Positions 1-9,500 of a DNA stretch of 42,058 nucleotides are shown piece by piece. Source of the stretch: an uncultured Melioribacteraceae bacterium (GTDB lineage Bacteria > Bacteroidota > Ignavibacteria > Ignavibacteriales > Melioribacteraceae); assembly GCA_964640985.1 (NCBI GenBank), contig CAZXJG010000004.1:1-42058 (forward strand), read 5' to 3'. The notes under the pieces are model-generated. The model had not been told where the DNA came from. It saw only the letters and a program-made list of their open reading frames with translations, and made no database searches. The position numbers and the translations under genes were made by a program. How positions within the stretch are numbered: the stretch's first letter is position 1; each line of letters opens with the position of its first letter.

Positions 1-235
1 AACGAACCTCTAGTGCACCAATTGTCGCGCCAGCGGCATCGTTGGGTAGCTACGTTCGGAAGGGATAAGCGCTGAAAGCATCTAAGTGCGAAGCCCACTT
101 TAAGATTAGGTATCCCTTCCCGACTTTATAGTCGGGACTGAAGACTCCTTGAAGATGACAAGGTTGATAGGCTGCAGGTGTAAGTGCAGTAATGTATTTA
201 GCCAAGCAGTACTAATAGGTCGTGAGACTTAACCA
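1..235 (+). rRNA. rrl: 23S rRNA, 3'-terminal fragment (window starts inside the gene)
   Basis: Contains the conserved 23S domain VI string GATAAGCGCTGAAAGCATCTAAGTGCGAAGCC. Ends ...GGTCGTGAGACTTAACCAA, matching the canonical 23S 3' end (E. coli ...CCGTGAGGCTTAACCTT). Confidence 0.9.
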
Positions 236-304
236 ATATTTTTATTAATGAACGGTTGTTTTTTCTGATTCAGAGCTCTTTCAATCTTATATTTTTATAA
301 AGTT

Positions 305-420
<116 letters not shown>

Positions 421-430
421 TTTAATTTTG

Positions 431-461
431 AGCCTTCATTTTAATGAGGGCTTTTTATTTT
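431..461 (+). terminator. Rho-independent terminator of the rRNA operon
   Basis: AGCCTTCAT (431-439) pairs with ATGAGGGCT (444-452): 9 bp including one G-U, 4-nt loop, followed by TTTTATTTTT. Confidence 0.8.
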
Positions 462-688
462 TAAATAAATTTGTTGTTTATATAGATTACCTATTTTATT
501 TTTATTATATGATTTTTAATTATAATAATTATTAATAGGAGACTTCGCAAAAGCTGCTAAAGTTTGAAATTAAGTTTTATAAAATGGGTAAGATTTTCAA
601 AATACAATTATGTTTTTGTACTTCACCTTCCTGTTAATGGATTTTCTCCATTAGAGTCCTATGGACAAATAGTTCTAATATATTATTT

Positions 689-762
689 GCCCCGGTAGCT
701 CAGTTGGAAAGAGCAACAGTTTCCTAAACTGTAGGTCGGAGGTTCGAATCCTCTCCGGGGTA
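689..762 (+). tRNA. tRNA-Arg (anticodon CCT)
   Basis: Hand-folded cloverleaf. Acceptor GCCCCGG/CCGGGGT (G1-U72), D arm GCTC-AGTTGGAAA-GAGC, anticodon stem ACAGT/ACTGT with loop TTCCTAA (CCT), T arm GGAGG-TTCGAAT-CCTCT, discriminator A. No encoded CCA. Confidence 0.85.
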
Positions 763-923
763 CATTAAAAAAGGCAAATGGGGAAAGAATTTTATATTAC
801 TCGGATCTTTTAATTATAAAAATATTTGTATCTATCTATTTTTTTTAATTAAATCAACTAACAAAAATTTGAAGTTTACTCCTTTGATATTTATATTTTA
901 TTGTTAATTAAATTGAGAATGAT

Positions 924-2510
924 ATGAATTACGATAAAGACCTTCAGTCTGTTCAAGAAGTAAGAAATTTAACTAAATCTGCCAAAGAAGCACAGTTAGA
1001 ATTTAAATATTTTAACCAAGATCAGGTTGATAAAATTGTTAAAGCAATAGCAGATGCGGCATTTGAAGAATCCGAACGACTTGCAAAAATGGCACAAGAA
1101 GAAACCGGATTTGGAAAATGGAAAGATAAACTGATTAAAAATCAATTTAGCAGTAAAAACGTTTGGGAGTCAATTAAAGATTTAAAAACTGTTGGTGTTA
1201 TTGAAGTAAAAGAAAACGGTAAAATAATAAAAATTGCAGAGCCTATGGGCGTTGTTGCTGCTCTTATACCGTCTACAAATCCAACTTCTACCGCCATTTT
1301 TAAAACACTGATATCATTAAAGTGCAGAAATGCTATTGTAGCAAGCCCTCACCCAAAAGCAGTTGAATGTTCGTTAGAAGCAATGAAAATAATGGCTGAT
1401 GCTGCAGAGACTGCCGGTGCACCAAAGGGGCTTATACAGTGTATGACGGCACCTACAATTGAAGGCACCAACGCATTAATGCATAATAAAAATATCGCTG
1501 TTATTCTTGCTACCGGCGGTATGCCTATGGTTCATGCCGCTTATGCTGCGGGTAAACCTGCTTATGGTGTTGGACCTGGAAATGTGCCGGCTTTTATTGA
1601 GAGAACTGCCGATTATAAAAAGGCAGTCGCCGATATAATTTATGGAAAAACATTCGACAACGGTACGATTTGCGCTTCAGAGCAAGCAATGATTGTTGAT
1701 AGCTCTTTGAATGAAAAAGTTATAGCTGAAGCAAAGAAGTTAGGTGCTTATTTTGTTAATGCCGAAGAAAAAGAAAAATTAGAGAAATCTGTTGTTAAAG
1801 GTGGAAGAATCAATCCTGAAATTGTTGGAAAGTCTGCCGCTTGGATTGCAAATTATACCGGATTTTCCGTGCCGAATGATATAAGCGTTCTAATAGCTCA
1901 ATGTTCAAAAGTAGGGAAAGAAGAACCGTTATCAATGGAGAAACTTTCTCCTATTCTCGCATATTATGATGTAAACGGTTGGCTTGAAGGATGCCATAAA
2001 TGTATTGAATTACTTAATTTTGGCGGTGTTGGGCATACTTTAGCCATCCATTCAAACGATAAAGATATTATCATGAAATTTGCTTTGGAAAAGCCTGCTT
2101 TTAGAATTGTTGTTAATACATCGAGCGCTGTCGGTGCAATTGGTTATACAACGGCTTTAACACCTTCCTTAACTTTAGGACCAGGTACCTGGGGTGGTTC
2201 AATTGTTTCGGAAAATGTAACGGCAAAGCATTTAATGAATATCAAAACCTTAGCCTTTGAAACTAAACCTATTAATTTTGGTCAGGCACTATCCTCATTT
2301 AATGAGCCTAATTCCGTTAGCTCCTATAATTCTCAACGTAGTTTCATTCCTGAAATAGAAGATAGGTTAAAAGCTCGTGCAGGTAATCCGGTCGTAAGTC
2401 CAATCAAAAATAATTTTGACAATAACGTTTCTCAAAAGAAAGAGCAAAAATATGGAAATGGAATTTCTGAAAGTGAAATCCAAAAGATTATTAGGGAATT
2501 TAATGGTTAA
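924..2510 (+). CDS. CoA-acylating aldehyde dehydrogenase (EutE/PduP-like ALDH) with a C-terminal extension of about 80 aa
   Basis: 528-aa ORF. ALDH-superfamily layout with catalytic-Cys context FDNGTICASEQ. N-terminus (VRNL...AKEAQLEF..F.QDQVDKIV) is typical of acetylating aldehyde dehydrogenases. The tail beyond about aa 450 is low complexity and ends in an amphipathic helix. Confidence 0.8.
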   Translation: MNYDKDLQSVQEVRNLTKSAKEAQLEFKYFNQDQVDKIVKAIADAAFEESERLAKMAQEETGFGKWKDKLIKNQFSSKNVWESIKDLKTVGVIEVKENGKIIKIAEPMGVVAALIPSTNPTSTAIFKTLISLKCRNAIVASPHPKAVECSLEAMKIMADAAETAGAPKGLIQCMTAPTIEGTNALMHNKNIAVILATGGMPMVHAAYAAGKPAYGVGPGNVPAFIERTADYKKAVADIIYGKTFDNGTICASEQAMIVDSSLNEKVIAEAKKLGAYFVNAEEKEKLEKSVVKGGRINPEIVGKSAAWIANYTGFSVPNDISVLIAQCSKVGKEEPLSMEKLSPILAYYDVNGWLEGCHKCIELLNFGGVGHTLAIHSNDKDIIMKFALEKPAFRIVVNTSSAVGAIGYTTALTPSLTLGPGTWGGSIVSENVTAKHLMNIKTLAFETKPINFGQALSSFNEPNSVSSYNSQRSFIPEIEDRLKARAGNPVVSPIKNNFDNNVSQKKEQKYGNGISESEIQKIIREFNG

Positions 2511-2569
2511 AGCGAAAGCGTAATAACTTTTGTGTAAATAGGAAATATGAATGTATATATAGTACTGTT

Positions 2570-3313
2570 CTATGTATATCTTTCCAATTTAAATTTTTCT
2601 CCCAAATATAATTTTCTAACATCCGGATCGTTTGCAAGTATATCGGCATCTCCTTCCCTAAATATTTTCCCATTTATAAGAATATAAGCTCTATCAACAA
2701 TGCTGAGAGTTTCGTGCACATTATGATCAGTAATCAATATTCCGATTCCCTTATTTTTTAAATTAGCAACAATATTCATAATATCTTCAACTGCAATTGG
2801 ATCAATACCGGCAAATGGTTCATCTAATAAAATAAATTTAGGATCTAACGCAAGGGCTCTGGCAATCTCAGTTCTGCGTCTTTCGCCCCCGCTTAATTGA
2901 TAACCGAGATTTTTTCTAATTTGAATAATACCAAGTTCATTTAAAAGGCTTTCTACTTTTGCTTTACGTTCGTTTTTTGGTAAATGTATTAATTCCAGAA
3001 CCGCCGTCAAATTATCTTCTACGGATAATTTTCTAAATATCGATGCTTCTTGGGGTAAATAACCGATACCTAATTTTGCCCTCCTATACATCGGTAAGGA
3101 AGTAATATCGGTATTATCAAGAAATACTTTCCCATCGTCTTGTTTTATCATTCCAACTATCATATAAAAAGTGGTTGTTTTACCTGCTCCATTTGGTCCT
3201 AACAGTCCTACTACTTCACCTTGTTGTACATTGATAGATACTTTGTTAACCACTTTCCGTTTTTTGTAAATTTTTATCAAATTTTTACTTTCAAGCTTAA
3301 GTTTATTATCCAT
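2570..3313 (-). CDS. lptB: LPS export ABC transporter ATP-binding protein LptB
   Basis: 247 aa. Walker [10 protein letters not shown], signature LSGGERRR, Walker B ILLDEP. Sits immediately downstream of lptC and an OstA-like gene, as in canonical lptCAB. Confidence 0.9.
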   Translation of the reverse strand: MDNKLKLESKNLIKIYKKRKVVNKVSINVQQGEVVGLLGPNGAGKTTTFYMIVGMIKQDDGKVFLDNTDITSLPMYRRAKLGIGYLPQEASIFRKLSVEDNLTAVLELIHLPKNERKAKVESLLNELGIIQIRKNLGYQLSGGERRRTEIARALALDPKFILLDEPFAGIDPIAVEDIMNIVANLKNKGIGILITDHNVHETLSIVDRAYILINGKIFREGDADILANDPDVRKLYLGEKFKLERYT

Positions 3314-3347
3314 ATTATATTGCTCTATAAGTTATATACTATTTATT

Positions 3348-4706
3348 TTATTGTCGTTTAAAATCTTTCCGGATTGGTCTGCCGGAATAAATTATAAAAG
3401 TAGGGAGCGTAAAATCTTTTTCATTCCCATTTACCAAATTTTCCGGATGAAATTCGCTGACAGGTGAACCGTACATTTTTACATTATCAACTTTGTTGTT
3501 TTTAAAATAAATTATTTCATTTTCCGCACTAGATTTAAGCAAACCATTCGGTTTATTATTTTCGTATAAATAATAAATACTTAAAACATTTTTGTAAACT
3601 TTTGTATCAATAAGATTACCATTTTGGAATTTCATAACTATTTTTCTTCCGGATATTTGATCAAACCGAAATGGATAAGTTTTATTATGTGAAATTATAA
3701 GGGCATTTTGTTCCATCTGTATTTTGTCGAGATATTTTTTTTTCAAATAAATTTCTATCGTATCGCCGGACATTTGAGAATTTTGATACCAAAGCACCGA
3801 CGGGCTGCTGCTTTGATTAATTTTGTAAGTTAAAATTTCATTCTCGTTTTTATAAAATACGGAATAATCGTTCCGGGAAGCAAAATTATCACGAAGGATT
3901 TTAACGGAATCTTTTGCAATAAGTCTTTTAACGCTATCGCCGAGTGAGACCATCGATTTTGAAGTTACAAATAAAGTATCAAATTCGCCATTGGAAGCGG
4001 TATCAATTTTTGTTAAAATAGGATTTCCCGTAATTTTAGCATACTTTTTTTTCGGTAAATAAATTAATTTTTTACCTTTTATTTCCACGCTGTTTTTTTT
4101 ATTAATTAAATGCACATTATTATATGCGAATGATGAATTCCATTTCCTTAAATAAATTAAGCTATCCGCATAAATTATTGAAGATGTATCGGAAACCTGC
4201 ACGTTGCCAATGGCAACCGCGCTGTCCGGTTTATCAAAATATGTTAGTGTGTCGGATATCAAAACATTACGTGAGTTTTGTAATTTCACGTTACCATAAA
4301 AATATGCTTTCTTTTCGTTCATAAAGTAATAACCATTTTCAGCAGTTAATAAAATATGACCGTCAGTCAGCATAACACCCGAATTAGAATAAGAATATTT
4401 TTCGTTGCCGAAATAATAACCTTTATTTGATGTGATTTTAACGGTATCTTGAGTAACCACCACATTACCAATTAATTCGACTTCATTTTTTGTTAAATAT
4501 TGAATTGCCTTGTTACATGTAATACGCACATTACCTTGTGTTATAACTACATTACCGAAAACTTTTCTTACGTTCTCATTATTTATACGATTACCGATTA
4601 AACTATCGCCAACAATTGTAATAACTTCATTTTGTTGAGCCAAAAGCGACAGCGGCAGCATAATAACAAAAAGAAAAGCAATTAAATTTTTTTTATAGAA
4701 ATTCAT
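3348..4706 (-). CDS. OstA/LptA-like periplasmic LPS transport protein (long form)
   Basis: 452 aa with an N-terminal signal sequence. Repeated beta-jellyroll-like segments (GNV.ITQG...I.C.KA, GNV.V.Q....ITS..G.Y) resemble OstA_N/LptA repeats. Positioned between lptC and lptB. The 4-nt overlap with lptC suggests translational coupling. Confidence 0.65.
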   Translation of the reverse strand: MNFYKKNLIAFLFVIMLPLSLLAQQNEVITIVGDSLIGNRINNENVRKVFGNVVITQGNVRITCNKAIQYLTKNEVELIGNVVVTQDTVKITSNKGYYFGNEKYSYSNSGVMLTDGHILLTAENGYYFMNEKKAYFYGNVKLQNSRNVLISDTLTYFDKPDSAVAIGNVQVSDTSSIIYADSLIYLRKWNSSFAYNNVHLINKKNSVEIKGKKLIYLPKKKYAKITGNPILTKIDTASNGEFDTLFVTSKSMVSLGDSVKRLIAKDSVKILRDNFASRNDYSVFYKNENEILTYKINQSSSPSVLWYQNSQMSGDTIEIYLKKKYLDKIQMEQNALIISHNKTYPFRFDQISGRKIVMKFQNGNLIDTKVYKNVLSIYYLYENNKPNGLLKSSAENEIIYFKNNKVDNVKMYGSPVSEFHPENLVNGNEKDFTLPTFIIYSGRPIRKDFKRQ

Positions 4707-5227
4707 TTTGTAGTTGTATAAGTTATTTTTTTTATAATATAATGATCAAATTTTTCATCGGATTTGAATCCGTATCCTTCAATATGTTCATTGTGATCAT
4801 CAATAGTTACAAATTTGTTTGTTACTATTTCTTGAAGTCTATTGTTCCACATAAGTTCTTTCGTTTTCAAAACAACACCGCTATCATTTACGACAACAAC
4901 ACTATCAATAGCATACATATTTTTAGTTATATTGTTTACCCTTCCTCTTTTTGCGGTAAGTGTAGATGTTATTTTTTGCTGTTTATTAAAAAAATTAATT
5001 TTAATACCCTCTAACAAAGTAACATTTTGTTTTTCGAAATCGCGCAAATGTTTAGCATAAAGAATTGCTCTCAAATTTCCATTTTGTGAAAAAACAATTT
5101 GAGAATCCCAACTTTCTTGAGTTGGAATTTCTTGCCCCGAAATTGATTTGTCGATAGTGGGCTTAAGTTCTTTTTCTCCACAACTGACAGTAAAAATAAC
5201 AAGTAATAAAATTGAGAGTTTTTTCAT
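4703..5227 (-). CDS. lptC: LPS export system protein LptC (possibly lipoprotein-anchored)
   Basis: 174 aa. Size and position (kdsD-lptC-lptA-lptB order) match LptC. N-terminus MKKLSILLLVIFTVSCGEK ends in a Cys that could be a lipobox. Confidence 0.7.
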   Translation of the reverse strand: MKKLSILLLVIFTVSCGEKELKPTIDKSISGQEIPTQESWDSQIVFSQNGNLRAILYAKHLRDFEKQNVTLLEGIKINFFNKQQKITSTLTAKRGRVNNITKNMYAIDSVVVVNDSGVVLKTKELMWNNRLQEIVTNKFVTIDDHNEHIEGYGFKSDEKFDHYIIKKITYTTTK

Positions 5228-6210
5228 CTTCTTTGCAAACCTAAATTTACTAAATCGTGAAGATGTACTAAACCAACCGGTTTATTGTTATCAACGGCAA
5301 TTAAAGAAGTAATCTTATATTTTTCCATTTCTTGTAATGCAAACGAAGCAAGCAAATTAGGATCAATGGTTTTAGGATTTTTGGTCATTAAATCTTCAGC
5401 ATGTAAATTTCTTATATCTAAAGTTTTTTCAAGTAATCTTCTTAAATCGCCGTCGGTAATTATTCCAATTAATTTTCCATCATCATTTACAACGCAAGTT
5501 GTACCGAGCCGTTTGGAAGTTATCTCCAATATTGTATTTTTAATAGAATCTTTTTGATTCACAATCGGCAATTCGTTATCGGTATACATAATTTCCGAAA
5601 TTCTTAATGATAATCTTTTACCAAGGCTTCCGCCAGGGTGTAAAGAAGCGAAATCTTCTATTGTAAAACCTCGTAATTCCAACAAAGCAACCGCAAGTGC
5701 ATCGCCCATAACTAATGTTACGGTTGTAGATGCAGTGGGTGCAAGGTCATAAGGGCAAGCTTCTTCTTTTACACTAATATCTAATATGCAATCGCACTGT
5801 TTGGCAAGTATAGAATCATTGTTACCGAGCATGCCGATAATTTTAACACCTAATCTTTTGAACATCGGAACAAGTATCATCAGTTCATCGGTACTGCCCG
5901 ATTTTGATATAATAATTATTGTATCTTCTTTTCTTACCATTCCAAGATCACCGTGTAAAGCATCTGTAGGATGCATAAAAATAGCCGCTGTTCCTGTAGA
6001 ATTTAATGTTGCAACAATTTTACGGGCAATTAACCCCGACTTTCCCATTCCGGTAAATATGACTCTTCCTTTAGAATCGTAAATCATTTTAATAGCTTTA
6101 ATAAATTCTTTTCCAATTCTATCTTTTAATGATTCAACGGCTTCGGCTTCAATTTTAATAACTTCTTCTGCTTTTAATATTATTTGGTCTTCCGACACAT
6201 TATCTCCCAT
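5224..6210 (-). CDS. kdsD: Arabinose-5-phosphate isomerase KdsD (SIS domain plus tandem CBS)
   Basis: 328 aa. SIS motif GMGKSG, followed by a C-terminal CBS pair (...IGIITDGDLRR..., ...VGLVHLHDL...). KpsF/GutQ family. Confidence 0.9.
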   Translation of the reverse strand: MGDNVSEDQIILKAEEVIKIEAEAVESLKDRIGKEFIKAIKMIYDSKGRVIFTGMGKSGLIARKIVATLNSTGTAAIFMHPTDALHGDLGMVRKEDTIIIISKSGSTDELMILVPMFKRLGVKIIGMLGNNDSILAKQCDCILDISVKEEACPYDLAPTASTTVTLVMGDALAVALLELRGFTIEDFASLHPGGSLGKRLSLRISEIMYTDNELPIVNQKDSIKNTILEITSKRLGTTCVVNDDGKLIGIITDGDLRRLLEKTLDIRNLHAEDLMTKNPKTIDPNLLASFALQEMEKYKITSLIAVDNNKPVGLVHLHDLVNLGLQRR

Positions 6211-6655
6211 TTTTTATTATATGAATTTCCCTTACTTGAGAATTGTCGTTTGGTGCTTTTTTACCCGGTATCCAATTTGAATAGCTTCCGAAAGTCCAAT
6301 CTGATAAATCATCGGGAATTTCATCAACTCCGTCAAGTGAAATATCAATCTCAATTTTGTTTTCTAATTCTTGATGAATAACAACATAAATTTCTTTTTC
6401 ATATTTTTTATAGCTGCCGCAAGCAAACACCTGAGCTGACGATAAAGTTAAATCGGATTTAGAATTTTCACTACCTAAAAAGAAGTTGTTTCTCTTTTTA
6501 TCTCGAAAACCGATAATTTTATAGTTATTGATTTTACTTCGATATTCAGCATAGCCTTTCTTGTTTTTTGGAAGTAGTGCAAGGAGTAATTTTTTTTCTT
6601 TCGGAGTAAGTGCTCGAATAAAGTTATTGTTGTTATTTAAACTATTTTCTTCCAA
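6200..6655 (-). CDS. Hypothetical protein embedded in the Kdo/Lpt operon
   Basis: 151-aa ORF filling the kdsC-kdsD gap exactly: 11-nt overlap with kdsD and 1-nt gap from kdsC. I recognise no motif. Confidence 0.55.
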   Translation of the reverse strand: MEENSLNNNNNFIRALTPKEKKLLLALLPKNKKGYAEYRSKINNYKIIGFRDKKRNNFFLGSENSKSDLTLSSAQVFACGSYKKYEKEIYVVIHQELENKIEIDISLDGVDEIPDDLSDWTFGSYSNWIPGKKAPNDNSQVREIHIIKNGR

Positions 6656-6656
6656 T

Positions 6657-7136
6657 TTAAACCGATTCGAATAAATTTATTATTTCATTTAACAGCGGTG
6701 CCCCTAAGGGGGCGGTGATTATAAAATCGGCACTTCTTTTAACTGTTCTATCGGCAGAAGCAGGTACCAATGCCAATTTTGTTTTTTGTAAAAGAGGCAA
6801 ATCGAGTATGCCGTCTCCAACATAAGCGGTATTGGCAAATTGTAAATTAAATTTTTTTAGGATTTTTTCTGCATTTTTCACTTTATCAATCGTGCCGTTT
6901 TTAAGTTCGATATTTTTAATTTTCTCAAGAAAACTAATAATTTTTTTATCGTTATCCGCAGTTACAATTCCGGTAATTATCCCTTTTTGAGTCATCTTTG
7001 TTGCAAACTCGGTTAAAGCCGATTTAATTATATTCAATTGATTTTCGTCCGAACTTTTGAAATTTTCCAGTAAAACACCTTCTAAATCAAATAAAATTAG
7101 TTTTATTTGATTCAATTTTAATGAGTAATTATTCAT
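6657..7136 (-). CDS. kdsC: Kdo-8-phosphate phosphatase KdsC (HAD superfamily)
   Basis: 159 aa. HAD motif I at LILFDLEGVL and motif GDGILDLP near the C-terminus. Short YrbI-type length. Adjacent to kdsA and kdsD. Confidence 0.8.
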   Translation of the reverse strand: MNNYSLKLNQIKLILFDLEGVLLENFKSSDENQLNIIKSALTEFATKMTQKGIITGIVTADNDKKIISFLEKIKNIELKNGTIDKVKNAEKILKKFNLQFANTAYVGDGILDLPLLQKTKLALVPASADRTVKRSADFIITAPLGAPLLNEIINLFESV

Positions 7137-7956
7137 ACTGTTTAACTACCTTATCTATTTTTTGAATTTCAACGAGCAAATTATCCAATTCGTTTAATGG
7201 GAGTTGACTCGCAGCATCGCTTAAAGCCTTTGAAGGTTCGGGATGAACTTCAAGAAACAAAGCATCTATACCGATTGCAGCAGCGGCTTTTGCAAGCGGT
7301 TTTATAAATAGCGATTGCCCGCCTGTAACATTGCTGCTGCCGTGGATTTGTACCGAGTGAGTAGCATCCATTACGACAGGATAGCCGAGATTGTGCATAA
7401 TAACAATACTCCGCATATCGACAACTAAGTTTTGATATCCGAAAAAAGTACCTCTTTCCGTAAGTAAAATTTTATTATTTCCGGTAAATTTTATTTTATC
7501 GATAATATATTTCATATCATCCGGAGCTAAAAACTGTCCTTTTTTTACGTTAATTACTTTTCCCGTTTTGCCCGCTGCAATTAATAAGTCTGTCTGTCTG
7601 CAAAGAAATGCCGGAATTTGTAAAATATCTGCAGTTTCAGCCGCAATTTCGGCTTCATCGGGAAGATGTATATCGGTCAAAATAGGGATATCAAATTCTC
7701 TTTTAACTTCCGCCAAAATTGATAATGCCTTTTCATCTCCAATACCGGCAAATGAATTTATCGAAGTTCTATTTGCTTTGCGGTAACTCGATTTGAAAAT
7801 GAAAGGGACCCCGATTTTTGTAGTAATTTGTTTGATTTTTCCGGCAGTTCTCATTGTAATATCTTTATTCTCAATAACACAAGGTCCTGCAATTAAAACA
7901 AACGGGTTATTTCCACCAATGCTGATATCTTTTATTTTTACTGTTGAAGTTTTCAT
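7129..7956 (-). CDS. kdsA: 2-dehydro-3-deoxyphosphooctonate aldolase KdsA
   Basis: 275 aa. Family strings IAGPCVIE, FKSSYRKANRTS, QIPAFLCRQTDL, VNVKKGQF and DATHSVQ are characteristic of Kdo8P synthase. Confidence 0.92.
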   Translation of the reverse strand: MKTSTVKIKDISIGGNNPFVLIAGPCVIENKDITMRTAGKIKQITTKIGVPFIFKSSYRKANRTSINSFAGIGDEKALSILAEVKREFDIPILTDIHLPDEAEIAAETADILQIPAFLCRQTDLLIAAGKTGKVINVKKGQFLAPDDMKYIIDKIKFTGNNKILLTERGTFFGYQNLVVDMRSIVIMHNLGYPVVMDATHSVQIHGSSNVTGGQSLFIKPLAKAAAAIGIDALFLEVHPEPSKALSDAASQLPLNELDNLLVEIQKIDKVVKQYE

Positions 7957-8982
7957 TTAGTCGAATAATAAATTATCGTTTAATTTTTTTCTGCTTTTAT
8001 TGAATCTTGCATAAGCAATATTAGTTGCTTCGCGTCCACGGGGTGTTCGTTGTATAAATCCTTGTTGAATTAAAAACGGTTCATATACTTCTTCTATTGT
8101 ACCCGGGTCTTCATTTACTGCAACCGACAAAGTGTTTAAGCCGACAGGCCCGCCGTTAAACTTTTCGATTATCGTTAAAATAATATCCTTATCCATTTCA
8201 TCTAATCCGTATTGGTCAACTTCAAGGGCGGTTAACGCTTTTTGGGCAATTTCAATTGAAATTATTTCTAAATTCTCAAAATCGGCAAAATCGCGTGTTC
8301 TTCTCAACAATCTATTTGCTATTCTCGGTGTTCCTCTCGAACGTTTGGCAATTTCTATTGCCGCAATTTCTTGAATTTTTATATCTAATATTTTTGAAGA
8401 ACGTTTTACTATTTGTGCTAATAGTTGACTATCGTAATAATCCAACCTCGATTTAATTCCGAACCTGTCGCGCAACGGTGCGGTTAACAATCCTGCACGT
8501 GTTGTGGCTCCTATAAGTGTATATGGAGGAAGTTTTATTTGAACGGTTCTTGCGCTTGGACCGGTATCAATCATTATATCAAGTTTGTAATCTTCCATTG
8601 CAGAATATAAATATTCTTCCACAACTGGACTTAAGCGGTGAATTTCATCGATAAAGAGCACCGATTTTTCTTCAAGATTTGTCAATATTCCGGCAAGATC
8701 GCCAGGTTTTTCTAAAACCGGTCCTGATGTAATTTTTAACTTTACACCCATTTCATGGGCAATTACGTGAGCAAGAGTGGTTTTGCCTAAACCTGGAGGA
8801 CCTGTTAATAAAACATGGTCAAGGCTCTCGTTTCTTTTTTTTGCCGCACCGATAAATACTTTTAAATTATCCGTAATCTTTTTCTGTCCAACGAAATCAT
8901 CAAATCTAAATGGACGAAGTGTCTGTTCAAATTTTTGTTCGTTGTCTTTTAAAATTGGATTTGTGTTTTCAGATTTTCTCAT
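7957..8982 (-). CDS. ruvB: Holliday junction branch migration helicase RuvB
   Basis: 341 aa. LRP..FD.F.GQ lead-in, Walker [18 protein letters not shown], and [12 protein letters not shown] sensor region. Confidence 0.95.
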   Translation of the reverse strand: MRKSENTNPILKDNEQKFEQTLRPFRFDDFVGQKKITDNLKVFIGAAKKRNESLDHVLLTGPPGLGKTTLAHVIAHEMGVKLKITSGPVLEKPGDLAGILTNLEEKSVLFIDEIHRLSPVVEEYLYSAMEDYKLDIMIDTGPSARTVQIKLPPYTLIGATTRAGLLTAPLRDRFGIKSRLDYYDSQLLAQIVKRSSKILDIKIQEIAAIEIAKRSRGTPRIANRLLRRTRDFADFENLEIISIEIAQKALTALEVDQYGLDEMDKDIILTIIEKFNGGPVGLNTLSVAVNEDPGTIEEVYEPFLIQQGFIQRTPRGREATNIAYARFNKSRKKLNDNLLFD

Positions 8983-9500
8983 TAGTATCTGTTTTAATTT
9001 TTTGTTATTAAACTTAAAAATTATTTTAAATGATTTATTTTTTCGATAATGAAATTTTCCTTAACTATGTTTATTAATACTGTTAAATTATATATCGAAA
9101 ATCATAAATAACAAAATAGTATTATTTATGAACTTAATGTTATTAATACATTATGAATATTATTTGTGTTAAATGAAATAACAATACAATTTAACAACAA
9201 AACAATTTTAAAATAGAAAAATACTAACGAAAAAACTCCAAACCAAAAAGCTTTTGTTAAGTAAAAGGTATTTTGATTCATCAAAAATTTGTCGAATGCA
9301 TGAAAATAAACAAAAAACCGGTTTATGATTTGTACAATATTTTTAATGAATCCAACTCAAAAAAGATGAATCTTATAAAAATCAAATAAAAAAAAGTAAT
9401 AATCTTATAGATTTTTATTATTTGTAACTGATTTGAGGAATAACAAAATTTAGTATACTAAGAATTAATTTTATGTAAAAGAAAATTATGGAGATACAAC

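Noticed and set aside
689-923. tRNA-Arg as a possible genomic-island integration site for the downstream aldehyde dehydrogenase.
   Set aside because: No integrase, no direct repeat of the tRNA 3' end and no compositional shift were visible downstream.
4124-8456. Plus-strand track ORFs inside the minus-strand lpt/kds/ruvB genes (4124-4324, 4742-5014, 4842-5060, 5285-5557, 5786-6082, 6184-6381, 7568-7786, 8132-8374, 8256-8456, and 8777-9049 just beyond).
   Set aside because: All lie antisense within well-supported conserved genes. They have low-complexity, hydrophobic or Ser/Phe/Ile-rich translations and no RBS. They are shadow ORFs.
8983-9500. 518-bp extremely AT-rich divergent intergenic region between ruvB and trxB, inspected for ncRNA or riboswitch structure.
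   Set aside because: I found no extended complementary stems or conserved riboswitch cores. It probably holds only promoters.
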